NCBI GenBank assembly: GCA_963826115.1
Contig: CAWGVS010000002.1
Coordinates: forward strand, 32,001-96,000
Source of the DNA: an uncultured Candidatus Rokubacteria bacterium
GTDB taxonomy: Bacteria > Methylomirabilota > Methylomirabilia > Rokubacteriales > DASRDR01
DNA: 64,000 nucleotides
Reading direction: 5' to 3'
In this document: positions 50,366 through 59,306 of the stretch, in pieces
Position numbering within the stretch: the first letter of the stretch is position 1
Layout of the letters: the number at the start of each line of letters is the position of its first letter
Notes under the pieces: generated by a model
Database searches by the model: none
What the model saw: only the letters and a program-made list of their open reading frames with translations
What the model was told of the DNA's origin: nothing
Program-made: the position numbers and the translations under genes

Positions 50366-50537
50366 GCGTGTCCTCCTGGTGCGGGATCCGCGCCGGCCGG
50401 CGCTGGGCCGATAGTCCGTGGCGGCGCCGGACACTGTCAAGGGCCCCGCGGTCAGCGGGCACGCGCCCGTTGCGCCCGTCAACAACCCCGTCGGACAATG
50501 CCGGCGGGCCCCGAGGCGGGCCGGAGGGAGCTGCCGG

Positions 50538-51780
50538 ATGTCGCTGACCCTGCTCAAGAACGCGAAGCTCCTCGACCCCACGAAGTCCGACCTCCAGGAC
50601 GGCGTGGCCGTGCTCGTCGAGGGCGGCCGGATCCGGGAGGTCTCGCCCCGGCCGATCCGCGCGGCCGGCGCGACCGTCGTCGACGTGGGCGGCCGGACGC
50701 TCATGCCGGGACTGATCGACTGCCACGTCCACGTGTTCCTGCCCGAGGTCAACATCCGGGCGCTCGAGGCGGTGCCCCTCACCCTTCTGACCGCGCGGGC
50801 GGCGCCCCTCATGCGCGCCATGCTGGACCGGGGCTTCACGACCGTGCGCGACACCGGCGGCGCCGACTGGGGCATCCGGGAGGCGGTCGAGCGCGGCTAT
50901 CTCCCCGGCCCGCGGCTCTTCATCGCGGGGCGCGCGATCGGCCAGACGAGCGGCCACAGCGACCCGCGGCGACGGACCGACCTCGGCGGCGGCTGCCCGA
51001 CCGAGAACGCCATGGCGTTCACCATGGCCATCGCCGACGGCGTGACCGAGGTGCGGCGGGCCGTCCGCGAGCAGCTCCGCCAGGGCGCCGACCACATCAA
51101 GATCATGGTGTCGGGCGGCGTGGCCTCGCCCTACGACCCGCTCGACAGCCTCCAGTACTCGACCGGACGAGATCCGCGCCGCGGTCGAGGAGGCCACGGC
51201 GTTCAAGCGCTACGTCTGCGCTCACGCCTACCCCGCGAACGCGATCGCGCGCGCCATCGAGTGCGGAGTCCGAGTGATCGAGCACGGGAACCTGATCGAC
51301 GCGCCCACGGCGAAGCTCATGGCGAAGAAGGAAGCGTTCCTCGTCCCGACGCTCGTGGCCTACGACGCGATCCGCCGCCACGCCGCCGAGTTCGGCATGG
51401 GGCCGGAGAACCTCGAGAAGAACACGGTCGTGCTGGAGGCGGGCCTCCGCTCTCTCGAGCTCGCCAAGCGCGCGGGCGTCCGCATGGCGTTCGGGTCGGA
51501 CCTCCTGGGCCAGCTCCAGCCCGACCAGTCGAAGGAGTTCCTCCTGCGGAGCGAGGCGCTGAGCCCGCAGGAGATCATCCACGCGGCGACGATCGTCGGG
51601 GCCGAGCTCCTCGGTCGCCCCGGCGAGCTCGGAGTGATCGCGCCCGGTGCCCTCGCCGACCTCCTGGTGGTCGACGGGAATCCCCTGAAGGACCTGGGCC
51701 TCTTCCAGGAACAGGGCGCGCACATCCCGGTCGTGATGCAGGACGGGCGCTTCCACCGGAACCGGCTCGGCGCCGGATGA
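50538..51780 (+). CDS. metal-dependent amidohydrolase (Xaa-Pro dipeptidase-like), frameshift near 51165
   Basis: TLMPGLIDCHVH, GFTTVRD.GG, IKIM.SGGV.S, AHAY, IEHG, GSD, ADLLVVDGNP. Confidence 0.88.
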
Positions 51781-51859
51781 CGGCCACCGTGGCGGTCGGC
51801 AGCTTCGCCGCGCGGCCGACGTCCTGGCCTGAGCGACGCGGGCTTCGCGAGGGCGTCAG

Positions 51860-53047
51860 CTACTCGGCGGGTACCAGGCCGCGCGCCTGTGAGGCGCGGT
51901 AGTCGACGAGCTGGGCGATGGTCGCGTCGATGGCGGCGCCGAGCTCCGCGTGCCACGGCTGCGACGCGCTGTGGGCCAGCAGCAGCCGCTCCACTCGCGC
52001 CGCGTCGAGCCGGGCGGGCACGTTCCGCTTGAGCCGGGCGAGCTTCTTGCGCCGGCGGGCGCTCAGCCGGGCGCCGTCGTTTCCCTCGCGCTCGCCCGCC
52101 GCCTCCGGATGAAATCGCCGGTCGGCCTCGATCCGGTGCAGCGCGCGGAGGCTCTCGCCGGCCACGTAGTCGGCGGGTCGGAGCGGACCGCCCCGAATCT
52201 CTCGCAGTCCGTCGTAGAAGGGCCGCAAGTAGTCGATGTCGTGGATTCGGGGCAGGTCGTTGCTGGCCATGGCGAGCCGCTCGAGCCCCACGCCGATCCC
52301 GGTGGCACCGGTCTCGAGCGGCTCGAGCCCCACGATCTCCTCGCGGCGAGGCTCCGACCCACGGAAGCGTGGCCGCCACACCAGGTACTCGGCCGTCGCC
52401 ACGTCGAGCAGCCGCGGGTGGCCGGACACCCCCATGTCGACATGGACCTCGTTCCGGTAGCCCCACGGCGTGGGGCGATGCACGTGCAGCGCGAGCAGCG
52501 TCGCGCGCGTGGCGTCCGCCGTGAGGTTCGCGTCGGGCACCCCGGCCGCGAGGAACGCGTCCCGGGAGATCGTGTCAGGAGGAATGGCGCCGTCGAACCG
52601 GTACGCCCCGCCGGTGAGGTCGGCGATCCGCCCGCCGGCCGAGTAGCTCGCGTGGATGCGCGCCGGTGGAATCCCGACCGTCTCGAGGAGCCGGATCAGC
52701 TCGGCGATCTGCCAGCGCTGGAGTGAGTCGTAGTCCGGGCGGACGCGAAGAGCGATCTCGCCGCACAGGTCGCCCATCTCGAAGACCCCCAGGTAGCGCA
52801 CCCCGTCGGCCGTCGACAAGAACGCGAAGTCGGCGAGGCGGACGCAGCTCTGGATGGTCGAGAAGACGTAGTCCCGGTGCCAGTCGAGATAGCCGCCGAA
52901 CTCCCGCAGCCAGTGGTGCTCGGTGGAGCTCAGGTTGAAGTCACCGGGGAAGGCCGCCGTGACCAGGGGCGCTCGGCGAACGGGCTGACACCCCGCATAC
53001 TTCGGCCAGCCGGCGAGGAGCGCGCGGAGGCGCGCGTAGGGAATCAT
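51860..53047 (-). CDS. stand-alone alanyl-tRNA synthetase catalytic-core paralog
   Basis: STIQSCVRLAD, RYLGVFEM, PWGYRNEVHVD, GIGVGLERLAM and DIDYLRP match AlaRS motifs Q.C.R..D, RH.TFFEM, GPCGP.SEI..D, DTGMGLERL and TDLF.P in order. 395 aa; no editing or C-Ala domain. Confidence 0.72.
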   Translation of the reverse strand: MIPYARLRALLAGWPKYAGCQPVRRAPLVTAAFPGDFNLSSTEHHWLREFGGYLDWHRDYVFSTIQSCVRLADFAFLSTADGVRYLGVFEMGDLCGEIALRVRPDYDSLQRWQIAELIRLLETVGIPPARIHASYSAGGRIADLTGGAYRFDGAIPPDTISRDAFLAAGVPDANLTADATRATLLALHVHRPTPWGYRNEVHVDMGVSGHPRLLDVATAEYLVWRPRFRGSEPRREEIVGLEPLETGATGIGVGLERLAMASNDLPRIHDIDYLRPFYDGLREIRGGPLRPADYVAGESLRALHRIEADRRFHPEAAGEREGNDGARLSARRRKKLARLKRNVPARLDAARVERLLLAHSASQPWHAELGAAIDATIAQLVDYRASQARGLVPAE

Positions 53048-54657
53048 CGCGCGGAGTTGGCCGGGGCCGCGGGCCCCCGGGCGGGGGGGCCGGAGTGGCA
53101 GTGGAGCACCTTGCCCGAGCGCTCGCCGATCGGCGCCCGGACCTCGACCCGGAACACGCCGGTGTCCCGCCAGAGAAGCGCGGCCACGCGGGCGGCGCCG
53201 GCGCCGGCGCCGACGTGATCCAGAAAGGCGGTCGCCACCGCGCGCGGGTCGACCGGGCCCACCCGCGGGCTCACGAAGAGCACGAGGCCCGGGCGGCCGG
53301 CGGTATCTTCCTCCTCGACCAGCTGGTAGTCCGCCCCGGAGCCCCCGAACCGTGCGGGCAGCACGGTCTCCAGCGCCGCGACCGCATCCGTGTCAAGGAG
53401 CGTCATCCCGCCGGCCGTGAGCTTCTCGAAGCTCCGGACCGCGTGGAGGTGGGTCGTCCACCCGAGCGCCTCCAGCGGGCACCCGCAATGGCGCCGGGTC
53501 AGGATCCCCTCATCGCCGAGCGAGACGTTCAGGAGCGTGAGGGGCGCCGTCGGGCGGAGCGACGACACCAGGAGGGCGCCCGGCGGGAGCAGCGCGCCGG
53601 AGGCCGACCCGGCCTGGACGACGGCGTGCAGGTCGTCGAAGACGTGGATCTCGTCGGGCGACGCGGGCGCCAGGCAGCCCTCGCCGATCCGGCCCACCTC
53701 CATGCTCCCGTAGTGCGGAAGGGCGTCGACACCGGCCGCCCGGATGACGGAGAGACGCGCGGGGGTGACCGGCTCGCCGCCGATGGACATCCGGCTGCCC
53801 GCGAGGTCGAGCCCCGCCTCGCGGGCCCCGTGGCACAAGGCGACGGCCGAGCTCGGGAAGGTCGCGAGGTGCGGTGTCTGGCCGGCGTCGAGACAGCGAC
53901 GCATCCACGCTCCGACCGTCCGGGTACCATCGAGCGGCGCCCAGACAGGCGGCGGCAGCCTCGTGCCAACGACGCGACCGGCCCAGCGGAGGGCCCGGGC
54001 GGTCCAGGCATAGCGCGGATCGAGCTCGCGACTCGCGGGATCGATCTGGGAGAACCATGCCTCCGTCGGGACGCCGAGCGCGGCATGCTGGAGGAGGACG
54101 ACGAGCGCGGCGCCGCCCGGTACCACCCAGAGCGCGTGGCGCCAGCCCACCCCCTGGCGAGCCTCCAGCACGAGCCGCGCGTTCACGGCCCGATCACGAA
54201 AGTAGCGGATGTCCAGCGACACACGCGTCGCCGGGCCGCGGCTCCCGCTGCTCCGGTAGACCATGTGCGAGGCGGTCAGCGGGTTCGCGAGGCTCGCCGG
54301 GGCCACGTCGAAGGTGGTCGACCCCCGGATGACCGGCCGCCGGCCCTTCGCCTCGTCCGCAGTCAGGAAGACCCCGTGGCGCGCCAGGCGGGTGAGCGTC
54401 GACTCCACGCCGTCCTGGGCGACCATCCGCTCAAGATCGGCGTACGCGCAGCCCGCCATCGCCAGGAGCCGAGCGTAGGGGCTCGCCGCCTGGCCGAAGG
54501 CCGCGCGGCGGACCAGCGTGAGGAAGTCGGCCGACCGGGCCTCCTGGCGAGACCGGAGGGCGGCACGCGCTATCGGGCCGCTCATGGGTCGGCGGAAGAG
54601 GCCGGGGAGCCGCGCGACCAGCCGCACCCCTCGTATCGCGTCGGCCGCCCAGGACAC
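53044..54657 (-). CDS. PaaK/GH3-like adenylate-forming enzyme paralog 2
   Basis: RSSGSRG, GGEPVT, YGSMEVG, LNVSLGD, VRSFEKLTAGGMT, SGKVLH; colinear with 29019-30650. Confidence 0.72.
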   Translation of the reverse strand: MSWAADAIRGVRLVARLPGLFRRPMSGPIARAALRSRQEARSADFLTLVRRAAFGQAASPYARLLAMAGCAYADLERMVAQDGVESTLTRLARHGVFLTADEAKGRRPVIRGSTTFDVAPASLANPLTASHMVYRSSGSRGPATRVSLDIRYFRDRAVNARLVLEARQGVGWRHALWVVPGGAALVVLLQHAALGVPTEAWFSQIDPASRELDPRYAWTARALRWAGRVVGTRLPPPVWAPLDGTRTVGAWMRRCLDAGQTPHLATFPSSAVALCHGAREAGLDLAGSRMSIGGEPVTPARLSVIRAAGVDALPHYGSMEVGRIGEGCLAPASPDEIHVFDDLHAVVQAGSASGALLPPGALLVSSLRPTAPLTLLNVSLGDEGILTRRHCGCPLEALGWTTHLHAVRSFEKLTAGGMTLLDTDAVAALETVLPARFGGSGADYQLVEEEDTAGRPGLVLFVSPRVGPVDPRAVATAFLDHVGAGAGAARVAALLWRDTGVFRVEVRAPIGERSGKVLHCHSGPPARGPAAPANSAR

Positions 54658-54659
54658 GG

Positions 54660-56042
54660 TCAGATCTGCCCGGTTGCGCCGCACGCCTCGATGCGTCGGA
54701 CGTACGCGGGGTCGTCGTAGCGGGAGAGGAGGAAGGCGGAGGCGTAGTCCGGCAGCGGCGCGCCGGTGACGTGGGCCGCGGCCAGCTCGCCGCCGGCGCA
54801 GCTCGCCATGATGCCGAAGCCCGAGTACGCGCTCGAGACGTAGGCGCCCTCGACCGGGAGCGGTCCGATGAGCGGCCGGTTCTCGCGCGTCTTCGCGTAG
54901 TAGCCGCCGTCGACGTAGGCGCGCGGCATCGGGTCGAGGTAGCCTCGGAAGCCCGGCAGCATGCGCGCCATCCCGCGGATCACGAGCTCGGTGTAGAAGG
55001 GCGGCTCCGGCATCGGGAACACGACCTCGGTCGCCGCCGAGTCGTACGACCAGAGCACGAGCAGCGTCCGGCTCTCCGGGCTCGCGCCCTCGGGGCGCGT
55101 GTGGACGCCCGGCGGGAACGGCTCGAGCATCCAGCGGAGCTCGGGATCCGCCGCGAGGGCCGCCCGCTCCTCGGCACTCCACGGAAGCGTCTGCCCGTCG
55201 TCCCAGATGAGGAACGGCGCGTCCCGCGGGACCGCGCCGAGCGTGTCCTCGATCGCGATCTTGTGGTGCTGCTCGGAGAACACGGGGAGCGTGAGCCCGA
55301 GGAGCCGCGCGGCGTCGGGAAGGAGCGGCCCCGCCGCGAGGACCAGGCGCGCGGTCGCGAGCGACCGCGAGCCGCCCGGCCCGTCGATCCGGACCCCGGT
55401 GACACGCCCTCCGACGACGTCGATCGCCGCGAGGCGCCCGGTGACGAGCTCGGCGCCGGCCCGGCGGGCGAGCTCGAGGAGATGCATCCCCAGCTGCTGC
55501 CCGGAGAGCCACCCACAGCGGCGCGCGTGGAGGAGCGCCACGGTGTCGTCGGCAACGTACGGGAAGTGGCGGCGGATCAAGGCGCGATCGAGGAGCAGGT
55601 CGATCCCCGCGGGCTGGGCATGCCAGTCCCCCGCCGAGGGCGGCGGGTAGACGGCCCGAGCGGCACCGCCGTCGTGGACCCGGAGCGGCCCCGCGCCCCA
55701 GCCGGCCACGGTCTCGGCCATCGCCCGGAGCTCGGCGGCGCGCGCCGGCGCCGCCGTCCCGAAGACATAGCCCCGCCGGTTCATGCGGAACACGTTGTCG
55801 CTCGCGTCGGCGAGATGCTCGAGGAGGTCGATGCTGCGGTTCATGAACCGCACCATCGCGTCGTCGGGGCCCGGCCAGAAGTTCCGGTAGGCCTCGGTCG
55901 ACTTGTCGCTCGTGAGCGACAGCGGCGGCCGCTCGTCCACGAGGACGACCCGCCGCACGCCGTGGCGCGCGGCCAGGTGGTAGGCGGCCGCGACGCCGGC
56001 GATGCCGGCGCCACAGACGACGACGTCGGCCGCGGGCGTCAC
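54660..56042 (-). CDS. FAD-dependent oxidoreductase (DAO/sarcosine oxidase beta-like)
   Basis: VVVCGAGIAG, LAAGP, GGYY.KT.ENRPLIGP, SGFGIM. Confidence 0.88.
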   Translation of the reverse strand: MTPAADVVVCGAGIAGVAAAYHLAARHGVRRVVLVDERPPLSLTSDKSTEAYRNFWPGPDDAMVRFMNRSIDLLEHLADASDNVFRMNRRGYVFGTAAPARAAELRAMAETVAGWGAGPLRVHDGGAARAVYPPPSAGDWHAQPAGIDLLLDRALIRRHFPYVADDTVALLHARRCGWLSGQQLGMHLLELARRAGAELVTGRLAAIDVVGGRVTGVRIDGPGGSRSLATARLVLAAGPLLPDAARLLGLTLPVFSEQHHKIAIEDTLGAVPRDAPFLIWDDGQTLPWSAEERAALAADPELRWMLEPFPPGVHTRPEGASPESRTLLVLWSYDSAATEVVFPMPEPPFYTELVIRGMARMLPGFRGYLDPMPRAYVDGGYYAKTRENRPLIGPLPVEGAYVSSAYSGFGIMASCAGGELAAAHVTGAPLPDYASAFLLSRYDDPAYVRRIEACGATGQI

Positions 56043-56061
56043 GAGCCCGGGACCCGCGTGG

Positions 56062-57402
56062 CTAGTCGCGGAGGCGGCGGACCACCCGGTCGACGGCGCC
56101 GACCAGCTCGTCGATCTCCGTCTCGGTGGTCATGACGCCGAGGGCGCCCGCGCACGTGGTCTGCATCAGGATCCCCTCGTTCAGCAGGCCCGTGTAGAGA
56201 CCGCGCGTCATCTCGGCGTCGTCCGCGACGACGTCGCGGTAGCTCCGGATCGGCCGCGCGTTGAAGTGGATCCCGAACAGCGAGGCGGCCCCCGTCACCT
56301 GGGTCGGCACCCCGGTCGCCTGGAGCGTCCGGCGGAGCTTCTCCCGGAGCGACTCGCCCAGCTCGGCGAGGCGCCGGTAGATCGGCGGCGTCAGCGCGCG
56401 CATGACCGCCTCCCCGGCGACGAGCGTCATCGGGTTCGCGTTGAACGTCCCCGCGTGGGCGATGCGCGCCCCGCCGGCCGCCGTGGGGTCGTACTGGGCC
56501 ATGATGTCCCGGCGGCCGCCGAAGGCGCCGATCGGCAGGCCCCCGCCGATGATCTTCCCGAAGCAGGTGAGGTCCGGCGTCACGCCGAAGAGCTCCTGGG
56601 CGCCCCCCGGCGCGACCCGCAGGCTCTGCACCTCGTCGTAGATCAGGACGATGTTGAGCTCCTCGGTCAGCTTCCGGATCCCGCGAAGGAACTCCGGGTC
56701 GCCGGGGACGTAGCCGAAGCTCGAGACGATCGGCTCCATGATCAGGGCGCCGATCTCGTCCTTGTGGGCGCGGAGGATCCGGTCGCACGCGGGCAGGTCG
56801 TTGTACGGGAGCACGACCACGTCCCGGAGGACGCCCTCGGGCTGGCCGGGGTACTCGGGGATCGCCGACGGCCCCTTCGGATCCAGGCGGTCCGCCGAGG
56901 GCCGGACGCTCACCGCCACGTGCTCGTGAGCGCCATGGTAGCCGCCCTCGAACTTCGCGAGCTTGTGCTTGCCCGTGAACGCCCACGCGGCCCGGATGGC
57001 CATGAGCGTCCCCTCGGTGCCCGAGTTCGTGAAGCGGATGGTGTCGAGCGAGGGGATGCGGTCGCAGAGGAGCCGCGCGACCCGGACCTGCACCTCGGTC
57101 GGGGTGCTGAAGGCCGTGCCCTTCCGGATCTGCTCGCCGAGCGCCTCGACGACCATCGGGTTCGCGTGTCCCACGATGAGCGTCGTCGCGTTCAGCATGA
57201 AGTCGAGGTAGCGGTTCCCGTCGACGTCGTAGACGTAGTGCCCGTCGCCGTGGTCCGCGAAGAAGGGATAGGGCGAGAAGTAGGCGGTGCCGCGGGAGCT
57301 CCCGCCGGGCAGGACCTGCTCGGCCTCGGCCTGGAGGGCCCGGGACTTGGGGGTCTTCGCGGTGTACCGCTCGATCTCTCGGGCGACGGCCTTCGACGTC
57401 AT
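56062..57402 (-). CDS. class III PLP aminotransferase (glutamate-1-semialdehyde aminomutase-like)
   Basis: DVDGNRYLD, NSGTE, GGYHG, LIYDEV, FGKIIGGGLP, HAGTFNANP; RBS GGAGG. Confidence 0.92.
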   Translation of the reverse strand: MTSKAVAREIERYTAKTPKSRALQAEAEQVLPGGSSRGTAYFSPYPFFADHGDGHYVYDVDGNRYLDFMLNATTLIVGHANPMVVEALGEQIRKGTAFSTPTEVQVRVARLLCDRIPSLDTIRFTNSGTEGTLMAIRAAWAFTGKHKLAKFEGGYHGAHEHVAVSVRPSADRLDPKGPSAIPEYPGQPEGVLRDVVVLPYNDLPACDRILRAHKDEIGALIMEPIVSSFGYVPGDPEFLRGIRKLTEELNIVLIYDEVQSLRVAPGGAQELFGVTPDLTCFGKIIGGGLPIGAFGGRRDIMAQYDPTAAGGARIAHAGTFNANPMTLVAGEAVMRALTPPIYRRLAELGESLREKLRRTLQATGVPTQVTGAASLFGIHFNARPIRSYRDVVADDAEMTRGLYTGLLNEGILMQTTCAGALGVMTTETEIDELVGAVDRVVRRLRD

Positions 57403-57587
57403 GGACTCTCCTCCGCATTCGGCGCGCTCGGACCGCCGCGCCTGCGCGGAAAAGGATTCCACGACCGTCCGCGCGCCGCAAGGCCCGCCCGGACGTCGAG
57501 GTCCGGGGTCAGATCCCGACGTTGCCTTTTTCCGCGCCGGAAGTCGAAGTCAGGGCCGGACCCCGGCGCGTGCTTTACCCTGGGGCG

Positions 57588-57989
57588 ATGGAGGCGCGGG
57601 TCCGCCGGGCCCTCGAGACCGAGCGCACCATCGACATCACCACGATCGGGCGCACCACGGGGCGCCCGCGGCGGATCGAGATGTGGTTCCACAACCTCGA
57701 CGGCCGGCTCTACCTCACGGGCACACCGGGGACCCGCGACTGGTACGCCAACCTGCAACAGCACCCGGTCTTCATCTTTCACCTCAAGGGCCGGGTGCGG
57801 GCCGACCTGCCGGCGCGCGCCACGCCCATCGTGGAGCCGGCGCGGCGCCGGGCCATCCTCACGCCGCTCCTCGACCGTCTGGGCCGGGCGGCGGACCTGG
57901 AGGCGTGGGTCCGCGAGAGCCCGCTGGTCGAGGTGGAGATCTTCGCCGTCGAGCCCGGAGCCGGCGCCGGCGAACCCCCGACGGCCTGA
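57588..57989 (+). CDS. deazaflavin-dependent nitroreductase-like (DUF385) split-barrel protein
   Basis: ITTIGRTTGRPRRIE.WF, RDWYANL..HP. Confidence 0.78.
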   Translation: MEARVRRALETERTIDITTIGRTTGRPRRIEMWFHNLDGRLYLTGTPGTRDWYANLQQHPVFIFHLKGRVRADLPARATPIVEPARRRAILTPLLDRLGRAADLEAWVRESPLVEVEIFAVEPGAGAGEPPTA

Positions 57990-58134
57990 CGGCTTCCCGG
58001 CCAACTCACTCGGCCCGGTCCGGACGGCCGGGCGGGCCGGCGCCGCCTGGACACCCCCGGCCGCGTCGGGTACCGTCGGCGAGGCCACGCCGGGATCCGG
58101 GCGCGCCCGGAAGCGGGGCTCCGAAGGAGGCGCG

Positions 58135-59016
58135 GTGGACCGGCCCCAGAGCGTGACGCGGGCGCTCGCCTACATGGTGGGGGCCGCGGTCGCGTTCGCG
58201 ATCCTGAACGCCGCGGTCAAATCGCTCCGCGGCGAGATCCCGACGGTCCAGCTCGTGTGGGTGCGGACGCTGGGCCACCTCCTCTTCGTGATCGCCGCGT
58301 TCGCCCCGCGCCACGGGTGGAAGCTCTTCGAGACCCGGCATCCCGTCTTCCAGCTCGTCCGCTCCTGCCTCCTCCTCACCTCGACCGTCTTCTACTTCAC
58401 GGCGATCGGCTTCGTCACCCTCGCGACCGCCGCCACGATCTCGTTCATGACGCCGTGCCTGATCGCGGTGCTGGCGGGGCCGATGCTCGGCGAGCGCGTC
58501 GGGCCCCGCCGCTGGGCCGCCGTGGGCTTCGGCTTCCTCGGCGTGCTGATCGTGGCGCGCCCGGGCGCGGACACCGCCAACCTCGCGTCCCTCCTGGTGC
58601 TCGGGAGCGCGGCCGCCTCGGCCCTCTACGACCTCCTCACCCGGCGTGTCGTCGCCGCGGACCCGCCGGAGACCGCCGTCGGCTACGCCGCCGTCGTCGG
58701 CACGGTCGTCCTGGCCATGGTGGTGCCGTTCGTGTGGACTCCGCCGCGGTCCTGGTCGAGCCTCCTCATCATGCTGAGCCTCGGACTCTGGGGCGGGCTC
58801 GGGCACTACCTCACCGCCCGCGCGTACCACTGCGCGCCCGCGTCGGTGGTCGCGCCGTTCTCGTACCTGCAGCTCGTGGGAGCGGCGATCAGCGGCTATC
58901 TCGCGTTCGGCGAGGTGCCGGGCGCCGGCGTGTGGCTCGGCGCCGGGCTGATCGTGGCGAGCGGGCTCTTCCTCGTCTACGCCGAGGGCCGCGCTCGCCG
59001 CGCCGCGGGCGCCTGA
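58135..59016 (+). CDS. DMT/EamA family transporter
   Basis: Ten TM segments; LGERVG..RW.AV..GF.GVLI..RPG, AS.VAPF.Y; AAGGAGG RBS. Confidence 0.92.
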   Translation: MDRPQSVTRALAYMVGAAVAFAILNAAVKSLRGEIPTVQLVWVRTLGHLLFVIAAFAPRHGWKLFETRHPVFQLVRSCLLLTSTVFYFTAIGFVTLATAATISFMTPCLIAVLAGPMLGERVGPRRWAAVGFGFLGVLIVARPGADTANLASLLVLGSAAASALYDLLTRRVVAADPPETAVGYAAVVGTVVLAMVVPFVWTPPRSWSSLLIMLSLGLWGGLGHYLTARAYHCAPASVVAPFSYLQLVGAAISGYLAFGEVPGAGVWLGAGLIVASGLFLVYAEGRARRAAGA

Positions 59017-59306
59017 CCCGCGGTGATCACGCCGCCCTCGTCCGATCTCCGACCGTCCTTGCGTGGGACTCGGACGCCGCGCTATCGTTCTGGCGCGCCG
59101 GCCCGAGGGAGACGCCGAGGAACGCGCCGGCTCGCCCGGGCTCCGGCGCTCAGAGCCAACCTGGTGACCTCGCGCACGGCTGCCCCGGCGGTCCGATCCG
59201 CGGCGCTCCCGCGGGTCGCGACCCTGCCGTCCCGAGTCCCCACCGCACGCTCGATCCACGGGCCCGCCTCGCAGGCGCCTCGCCGACCGTAACCGAGGCG
59301 CCTAGA

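Noticed and set aside
5348-51780. Five frameshifted genes (~7472, ~20110, ~33695, ~44397, ~51165) as programmed frameshifts or pseudogenes
   Set aside because: Each is a single indel in an otherwise intact gene from unrelated families, with no slippery heptamer seen. Sequencing or assembly error is the simplest explanation; reads are needed to decide.
56062-57402. Calling the aminotransferase hemL
   Set aside because: GSA-aminomutase-like, but no tetrapyrrole genes nearby; this subfamily has many paralogs with other substrates.
8495-59259. Many long antisense or alternate-frame ORFs (e.g. 8495-10342, 21049-23301, 35152-37803, 44213-47530, 46051-49005)
   Set aside because: They overlap motif-bearing genes and are Arg/Pro/Gly-rich shadows expected in very high-GC DNA.
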